This document shows positions 55,621-64,000 of a DNA stretch of 64,000 nucleotides, piece after piece. Below the pieces are notes generated by a model that saw only the letters and a list, made by a program, of their open reading frames with translations, made no database searches and was not told the origin of the DNA. Within the stretch, counting starts at the first letter, position 1. Each line of letters starts with the position of its first letter. The translations under genes and the position numbers were made by a program. Origin of the DNA: Octopus vulgaris (lineage: Eukaryota); the NCBI GenBank assembly GCA_951406725.2, contig OX597818.1, forward strand, positions 53,754,001 to 53,818,000, read 5' to 3'.

Positions 55621-56077
55621 AGTACCAGCTTTGCTAGAGATGGAAGTCAAATGACCTCGGAAGTAAGCATGTTGAGGGGAATATGTTTAAATTTGACTTT
55701 TCTAACGGCAAGCTTAACTGAAGATGGGATAAAAATGTTTAATTCAGTGCCCGAAACCGATACCAAGCTTCGCAAAAGGAAGAGCCTAATTTTTATTCTC
55801 TGTCCGATTTTCATCATGCTTGTTCGTAAAATTAGCTTTCTATGGACTCCGAGGTCATTTGACTTCTATCTCTAACAAAACTGGTACTCTAAGCAAGCAT
55901 AGTGAGGGGAATAGGTTCAAATTTGACTTCTCTCGGAGAAGAATGTTTAATTCAAAGCCCGCTAAGATAAGCGCCTAATTTTTATTCTTTGTCTCATTTT
56001 CACCATGCTTGTTCGTAAAGTAAGCTCTCAGTCGTTTCCGAGGTCATTTCACTTCTGCCTCTAGCAAATCTGGTACT
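55621..56077 (+). mobile_element. Small HHR-bearing element: inverted 41-bp end plus two tandem units
   Basis: 55621-61 is the reverse complement of 55848-88; unit repeated at ~55895-56077 with the HHR partly deleted. Confidence 0.75.
55710..55770 (+). ncRNA. Type I hammerhead ribozyme motif
   Basis: AAGCTTAA-CTGAAGA(55718-24)-T-GGG...CCC-GAAA(55753-56)-CCGA-TA^CCAAGCTT. Confidence 0.72.
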
Positions 56078-56124
56078 TTTCCATTATCATCATATAACAG
56101 ACAGACAGACACACAGACAGATAC

Positions 56125-56263
<139 letters not shown>

Positions 56264-56452
56264 TGCGCGGTGGAATGTATAACTTCCATTTTATAACATG
56301 AATCAAATCAGTAAAAAATTCTAGTGTTTTATTTACGAAACTATAACGCTAGATTATGGAATCCTTGATCCTTATCTGAATAAAAGGCCTTGATATGAAC
56401 TCATATTGTCTGAAAGGGGAAGTTGCAGACAAAATACAACAGCGATTAGCAA

Positions 56453-57160
56453 ATTCACGTTCGAATTTGTCGGAACGAATTAAGAATGAATATTTCCATC
56501 GTTGTTTTGATTTGTGCTGTTTTCTGTGCCAATTAATTATTAGTTTGGCGGGTATCAGTCACATATCAGCAAATAATTTGTTAGCTGATTTCTATAAGCA
56601 AGAAGAAAATTTCTTGTTTAGATTCATTGATCTGGGGGTAGCTTCAACTGAAGAGACGCACCCAGGTCGAAACATCGTAGTGTCCCAAAGTCCCTTTACT
56701 TTAATAATCGTATGTGTTGTGAACATATTTTATCTGAAAGACGTCCTCCACGGACAAACTGCAACAGTGTCTAGCATATTCACGTTCGAATCTGCCTGAA
56801 TAAATTATGAGTAGATACATTACTCACTGTTCTGAATTTCATTGTTCTCCATGTACCTGCCGATTTATTGTCGGTTTGGCAGACATCAGCACGCGCCAGC
56901 AAATACCTTTTTTGCTGATTTCTGTAAACAAGAACCAAAATTCATGTTTAGTTTCATCGATCCAGAAGTAGCTTTGGCAACAGAGGCACACCCAGGTCGA
57001 AATACCCTGTGTCTCAAATCCCCTATCCCAATGAATCAAGTGTGTTATGAACACGTGTTGTTTAAAAGAAATAGTTTGTTCTCTGTAGCCAAATTTCCAC
57101 AGCGCTAAGCATTTTCAAGTTCGAATCTGCTGGAACGCATTAAGATGGAATATTCCCATC
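56453..57160 (+). mobile_element. ~330-bp tandem repeat (2.1 copies), one HHR per unit; retrozyme-like
   Basis: Anchor TTCA(C/A)GTTCGAAT at ~56454, ~56779 and ~57114; CACCCAGGTCGAAA at 56659 and 56989. Confidence 0.78.
56641..56691 (+). ncRNA. Type I hammerhead ribozyme motif, canonical core and GUC site
   Basis: CTGAAGA(56648-54)-GAC gcacccag GTC-GAAA-CA tcgtag TG-TC^CCAAAGT; stem I partly mismatched in this copy. Confidence 0.78.
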
Positions 57161-57800
57161 ATTATTATAATGATTATTTTATTATTCTTTTAACGCTTTA
57201 CTGAATAGACTGAAGCCATGCTGGAGCACTATAAATATTTATTTAATCGACCTCCGTCACTTATGGATAGATACTTATTTCATCGACCCCCGAAATGTTT
57301 GCAAAGAAAATCGTTGAATTTGTCGGAATTTTAATTCTGCGCGTAAAGGGACGTAATCGTATACCACAAATCCTTTAGTTTGACGCTCTACTGATTCTAC
57401 TATTCTACTTCCCATGATTCTCATTACCAACACTTATCTTTGTGAAACTCTGGCTACCAGCATTGCTAAACTTTGCGTCAGCCTCCAGGGTGGTGTTGTT
57501 TACTGATATCATTAAATTACTTGGATAAGTGGTGGCTTAGGCCTGCAAGGGCACCCCAGTTTTGGTTATATACAGTTTCCAGTTTAGTATTGCGTAGATT
57601 CTGAAAAGCAATTAATAATAATCTCAAGATTGGCATCAAAAATTGCACAGAAGCTACATCATATAATACATACATACATACATACATGCATACACACACA
57701 CACATGCATATATACATACATAAATACATACATACATACATACATATATATATGTATACATATATATATAATATATACTTATTTATTTATTTTATTTTAT

Positions 57801-57990
57801 CTAGTTTCAGCTCACGAGCTGTGGCCATGCTGGGGCACCGCCATTTGGTGTTGCTACATGATTTTATTTCACGAATGCTTTTTAGCAATTGCCATTTCGT
57901 GCATGAGGGAGTTCGATGCAGCTGCCCTCATCTGCACCTCTTGCCGTGAAGTTGGTTCATCTGGGACACCTGACAGGAAGAGATCCAGTT
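57801..57990 (-). pseudogene. CR1-group LINE extreme 3' end
   Basis: KLDLFLSGVPDEPTSRQEVQMRAAASNSLMHE...* followed by a short 3' UTR. Confidence 0.75.
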
Positions 57991-58360
57991 TTATATATAT
58001 GCATATATGGGTACCGGACGTCGCCAACAGTAAACAACATGAAATACGAAAACAAATGAGTTCAATACGCAAACAACGAGAGATACAAATGGAAAACAGG
58101 CCAAGTAACACAAAGAACGACCCTTCATCAGTTTTCGGTTGTCTATCTACTCTCCATTTCGAGCATTCAATGACAATATGGGTCTTGGAAGACAGTTGCT
58201 CCCTTAAGTGCCAAAATTTGGTATTTATGGAAGGTCAAAGTTGAGAACAAAAACAGGACAGTGGAGACATATAAGGAAACCGACCGAGAACAAACATGGA
58301 GGGTCGTTAGACCAGAACGAGAGGAAAATAGTGAACGCCGGAGAAATATTTTCTTTGGCA

Positions 58361-58450
<90 letters not shown>

Positions 58451-58574
58451 ATAAGGGTAGAAATTGATATTAATCAATTAAAACCAATGGCCTAGCATAT
58501 TTTAAAAAATCCGAAGATTAAAAAATTTTTTACATACAGTATGTATATATATATATATATATATATATACATAC

Positions 58575-58641
<67 letters not shown>

Positions 58642-58740
58642 CGTATGTACATATATAAGTATATGTATATATATATACATATATATATGAATATGTTATG
58701 TGTGTATATGTTTGTGTGCACATGCCTGTGCGTGTGCGTT

Positions 58741-58796
<56 letters not shown>

Positions 58797-59024
58797 AGAG
58801 AGAGAGAGAATATTTGTATCTGTTTTTGTCTCCGACAGCCACCCGACAACGTGTGTTGCTTTGCTTACGTCTCCGTAACTTAGCGGCTTGACCCAAATGA
58901 CTGATAGAATAGTTCCAGGCATTAAAAAATAAGTCCTGGGGTCGATTCATTCGACTAAAAAAATTTTTCAAAGCGGTGCTCCGACATGGCCGCAGTCTAA
59001 TGACAGAGGCAAGTAAAACTGACA

Positions 59025-59870
59025 GTCACCGTTTGTTCAAAGAGTATCGGGTGATGGGAGTTCTCCAAGTGGTGTCATTCTGAACCAAACTGCACCCTTC
59101 TTCCTAGGTGACACCCATTTCGGTCAAGTCCTTCTGCACAGTCGTTTACTCCATCTTCACCGACCTGCTTCTCTTTCTCCTTCTTTCTTTAACTATCCAC
59201 TGAACAGCTGTCTTTACCGGTTTCTCCAACGTTAAGCGTAACGCATGCACAAGCAGCTTCCTTTGTCTATCTGTGATGGTATCATGCAGTTTACTTAGGC
59301 CAGCTCTTATCATGATTTCATCGTTTGTGCTGTAGTCACGCCAGCGTGGAGGCGCAATGGCCCAGTGGTTAGGGCAGCGGACTCGCGGTCGTAGGATCGC
59401 GGTTTCGATTTCCAGACCGGGCGTTGTGAGTGTTTATTGAGCGAAAACACCTAAAGCTCCACGAGGCTCCGGCAGGGGATGGTGGTGATCCCTGCTGTAC
59501 TCTTTCACCACAACTTTCTCTCACTCTTACTTCCTGTTTCTGTTGTACCTGTATTTCAAAGAGCCGGCCTTGTCACTCTCTGTGTCACGCTGAATATCCC
59601 CGAGAACTACGTTAGGTGTACACGTGACTGTGGAGTGCTCAGCCACTTACACGTTAATTTCACGAGCAGGCTGTTCCGTTGATCGGATCAACCGGAACCC
59701 TCGTCGTCGTAACCGACGGAGTGCTTCCAGTCACGCCAGCAATCTTCATTATATTTCTAAGGCACCAGTCATTCCACTTAAATACATTGTTCTTACAGTT
59801 AATCGGGCTTTTTCAATTTTTCATCAGAGATTCCCCATTGTAGACGTTTATAACGTCATGCCTTGAAATG
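59025..59870 (-). pseudogene. Decayed RTE-like LINE C-terminus interrupted by SINE C
   Basis: CLRNIMKI...WRDYSTNDEIMIRAG...HALR reading across the SINE with frameshifts. Confidence 0.6.
59346..59728 (+). mobile_element. SINE family C, full length
   Basis: TSD AGTCACGCCAGC at 59334-45 and 59729-40. Confidence 0.92.
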
Positions 59871-60608
59871 TAATATTTGTATTTCTTAAACAATTAAATT
59901 TTTGGCAGTGGAGATACAAATATGCCATCATTGATCTTTCCCGGCTATTACACCTGAGAATTTCAACGAATTTGATATTAGAGTCGTGATAGAGGTGTCG
60001 TAATGTGAGACTAAACAGTTAATGATGTATTTCTCTTGATAATTACAATCGTGAGGTTCGTTATCTTTCATTCAAATCTTTATTGATTCGTTATTTTTAA
60101 CTTCTGGTGTGATATTTGTTTTTCTATTTTAAGACTTTGATCTGGTGACCTGATTTCTTATCCAGTCTATCGCCACCGCCACCACGCTTTTCGTGCATTT
60201 AGTGGAGCTCGGGTTTCTGACTTGAGGATAATTTGATCCCTTGACACGATCTTTAATGCTCTACTTTTTTCATGTTGTTCGTTAAAGACACTCTACCTGA
60301 TGCAACGTGGGACCGGTTTCGCGAGACTCCCCTTCTGAGATATTGGTCACGCAGATCTGTGGCCATTTTTATATGCAAAATTATATGGGAAATCCATTTC
60401 TGGCCTTCTTTTTGTTGAATTAGGCATGGTTTCTACAGAATTGTTACTGCATACCCTTTTTGTCATTATTAAATAAAATTCTTTACCGCATTGTAAAATG
60501 GGTTTCAACCCAGGGCTAGAGACCAATGTTAGTAACACCTACAATGTGATTCAAAGCTTGTGTTTAATGTTATTTTTTATCTTTCAGATATTCTATTTGT
60601 TTTCAACA

Positions 60609-61190
60609 ATGAGTGCAAAACAGTGCAAAAATGATCCAAACAGATTCTGTTATATCTGTGGGGAACTAACTTTTGCTAAAGAAAAGCGAAGTATTACACA
60701 CCATATCAAGAAAATATACAAGGCGTACTTCGATTGTTACTTAGGAGACCAGGATAAATCATGGGCTCCTCATGTGTGTTGACTTACATGTGTGAAGACA
60801 TTGAGTGTCTGGTATGCAGGAAAAAAAGGTTCACATGAAGTTTGGTGTGCCAATGATTTGGCGTGAGCAGAAAGATCACTCTAATGATTGCTATTTCTGT
60901 CACCATTACTTTACAGGCTGTACTACAGCAAAGAAAAAGAAACACATTGTTTACCCAAATTTTCAATCAGCAATGCGCCCAGTAGAGCACTCAGAAAATT
61001 TACCTGTGCCCAAACCTCCAGATCAAGAAATGCAGAGTTCCAGCAGTACTGATGAACATTCCAGTGGTGAATGTGTGGAGCCCAATAATCCAGAAAGTGA
61101 GAATAAACCAAATATCATTTTTTCAAGAGGCTCTAAATGACTTCTGCAGGGATCTCTATTTCACCAAAAGTGAGTTTCTGGCATCAAGGC
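60609..61190 (+). pseudogene. N-terminal fragment of a Cys-rich DNA-transposon protein (tentatively Sola3-like)
   Basis: CKNDPNRFCYICGE...GDQDKSWAPHVC*...FGVPMIWREQKDHSNDCYFC...SAMRPVEHS; stop and frameshifts. Superfamily label is from memory and uncertain. Confidence 0.7.
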
Positions 61191-62077
61191 AGCGCCACTC
61201 TTTGTTAGGTTACTTGTAAAGATCAAAGTAATAGTGACCCCAATTTTTTTGGTTTTTCTTACAAAGATCAATAATCCAGCCTTTCACCCTAACAAAATAT
61301 TTATTAAAATAATTATCCAGCAGCCCAATTTTAATGTCGTGATCTTATAAGATTCAACATTTCAGTAGTGGTGACCACTGTTTTGCTTTTGTCTTTTCTG
61401 TGGGTTCTTGTTCGATTTCGCGACGTATTCTCTTAATATGAAGATGCGAGAAAAATCTTATGATGTCTTATATTAGTGTTAACCTCACTAGCGATGACCT
61501 GAATGTGAGGTTCATAAATAAAGATCTTTTGTCAACTTTTGGGAGCAGGTGTCCACTGAAGATAAAGACAGTTTGATTTGATTATCTCCAAATTTCTTCC
61601 CCTGCTTCCGTATTGAACTGCCAACCTTTGGGTTTAATATCTTGTTGACAATACTGTGGGTGCATAATCACACATATGTCATTCCTTCTGAAATAGTTGA
61701 CTATTTTCTATATTAAAAGCTTACTGAACGAATATGACCCCTTCTAGCCAAAACATTAGAAAGAATGTACTTTAATGTATGGCTCCCAATTCGTAAGATA
61801 TTAAACCTCAGCACCTTTGACTTTCGGTTTTGATAAGTAAATCCTGTTTACATTCTTGTATAAACTTCATATAAGGGTAGAGCAGTTTCAATTTGCAATA
61901 GTGTTTTGATTATGGAAGAACTCACCCATTCATTGAAACATAAACACTGATGGAAACAAAGATTTAACATCCAATAATCACGAAGAAAATCATAAATAGG
62001 GTGTGTGAAGACGCCTTTACTGACCTTCCCTGACGTCACAATATTCTGAATTAAGTTAATATTTAGGTGAATGACAA

Positions 62078-62659
62078 GGTGAACTTGGCAGAAATGTTAG
62101 CAAGCCGGGCGAAATACTTAGTGGTATTTCGTCTGTTTTTACGTTTTGAGTTCAAACTCCGCCGAGGTCGACTTTTCTTTTCATCCTATCGGGTCGATAA
62201 ATTAAGTACCAGTTGCGTACTGGGGTCGATCTAATCGACTGGAACCCTCCCCCAAAATTTCGGGCCTTGTGCCTAGAGTAGAAAAGAATATTTAGGTGGA
62301 TAACAAGGCGGTGAGCTGGCAGAAACGTTAAGCACGCCGGGCGAAATGCGTTCTGCAGTTACGTTCTGAGTTCAAATTCCGCCGAGGTCGACTTTGCCTT
62401 TCATCCTTTCGGGATCGATAAATTAAGTACCAGTTACGCACTGGTGTCGATATAATCGTGTTTGTCCCCCTAGCATTGCTTGACAATCGATGCTGGTGTG
62501 TTTACGTCCCCGTCTCTTAGCGGTTCGGCAAAAGAGACCGATAGAATAAGTACTGGGCTTACAAAGAATAAGTCCCGGGTTCGATTAGTCCTCGACTAAA
62601 GGCGGTGATCCAGCATGGCCACAGTCAAATGACTGAAACGAGTAAAAGAGTAAAAGAGT
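62078..62659 (+). mobile_element. SINE B followed by a chimeric B/A SINE
   Basis: Second head at ~62306 switches to the family A 3' half at TGTTTGTCCCC (~62458-70). Confidence 0.8.
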
Positions 62660-63309
62660 ATATAAATGGTTTTGCACCAAGATAGAAAACGTTTCTAAAG
62701 ATTAATGCTAGATTATATATTAAAAGTATTTCTTTGAGGTCGTAAACCGTTAGGTGAAACTTATTTGTAGATGCTGTTTAAATACCAAACCGTGAAGCCG
62801 TTAGATAAAACGAAATTCTAAACTAATTCTTTATTTATATACATCTAGTATAGGTCTCTAAAAGATATATCGTTCTATTGCGAATACCTCCAGTATATAG
62901 AGAATTTCACATGGCGGGCGTAGAAAATATAAGCTTTTAGCATGAATAACAGAGATATCTTTCACAGACAAATACTCGCCTTATTCTATAAATCGTTGGT
63001 GATGTGACTATCGGGTCAATTGGATTCTAGGTCATCTAATCAATTTCTCGATTGACGAATCAGATGGTTATTATTGATTTCACCGCTCCGACATGACCAC
63101 TGCTCACTGACTAAAAACTAGTAAAAAAATTATGGTTGCACAAATACACATATCTACATTACTTTAGCCTTACACATAACACACACATGTACAGTAATCC
63201 TTCACTTTACGAGGACGTGTTTTGCAAGACCCAGGGTTTACGAATTTTATTTTCCAGGCAGAAGATCCGAACTTTGAACGAAATGCAAAACTTTCTACAA
63301 CCCTCTTCT

Positions 63310-63704
63310 ACTCTTTTACTCTTTTACTTGTTTCAGTCATTTGACTGCGGCCATGCTGGAGCACCGCCTTTAATCGAGCAACTCGACCCCGGGACTTATT
63401 CTTTTGTAAGCCCAGTACTTATTCTATCGGTCTCTTTTGCCGAACCGCTAAGTAATGGGGACATAAACACACCAGCATCGGTTGTCAAGCAATGCTAGGG
63501 GGACAAACACACACACACAAACACACACGCGCATATATACATATATACGACAGGCTTCTTTCAACTTCTGTCTACCAAATCCACTCACAAGGCTTTGGTC
63601 GGCCCGAGGCTATAGTAGAAGACACTTGCCCAAGGTGCCACGCAGTGGGACTGAACCCGGAACCATGTGGTTGGTAAGCAAGCTACTTACCACACAGCCA
63701 CTCC
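63310..63704 (-). mobile_element. SINE family A
   Basis: Full reverse-complement copy. Confidence 0.9.
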
Positions 63705-64000
63705 ATAACAATTACTTCTGCATGTTACCGAGAAATTTATAGAGTGCAAAAAAACGCTTCTTATAAGCATACAATTCTAGACTTGTTTTTTTTTAAAGAA
63801 ATCTACAGGTCCGTCTACGAGTGCTTGTGAATCGGCGATCGCGTCTACAAATGATGATGTGTGCAAGTCTAGCGCGAGTGAAAGTGATTCAGAAAACGAT
63901 TATAATAATATTTTTTATTATAAATGATCTTGACATTCTTTTTCCTTACATTCTACTGTTGTTTTATTGCCATATATTTACGAGTGTAATAAATTTCATA

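Noticed and set aside
58000-58170. CTGATGAAGGG on the minus strand of a repeat
   Set aside because: Could not close stems I-III in any HHR topology.
61380-62040. Possible RT relic (LDVKSLFPSV on the minus strand)
   Set aside because: Single short motif; surrounding frames too decayed to call.

Overview
AT-rich, repeat-dominated metazoan genomic DNA with no confidently identifiable host protein-coding gene. The mix of tRNA-derived SINEs, long microsatellites and LINE relics looks like an octopus (coleoid cephalopod) intergenic or intronic region; that assignment is inferred from repeat-family resemblance. Almost all ORFs in the supplied track are translations of microsatellites or SINEs. Real coding relics are transposable-element fragments: R4/Dong-like, RTE, CR1, HERO-like and Penelope-like retroelements, a near-complete Tc1/mariner element with a DD36E catalytic spacing, and an N-terminal DNA-transposase-like fragment. 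The most interesting signal is not in the ORF track: several distinct type I hammerhead-ribozyme (HHR) motifs. They lie in (TA)n-flanked fold-back modules, in a Penelope 3' end, and in short tandem repeats, including a 330-bp head-to-tail repeat with retrozyme architecture. Also notable are a TSD-bounded SINE amplified internally into about ten 183-bp units, sitting inside a >=710-bp inverted duplication, and a SINE/CR1 pair sharing a 3' tail. All structures were read by eye; none has been confirmed computationally or experimentally.
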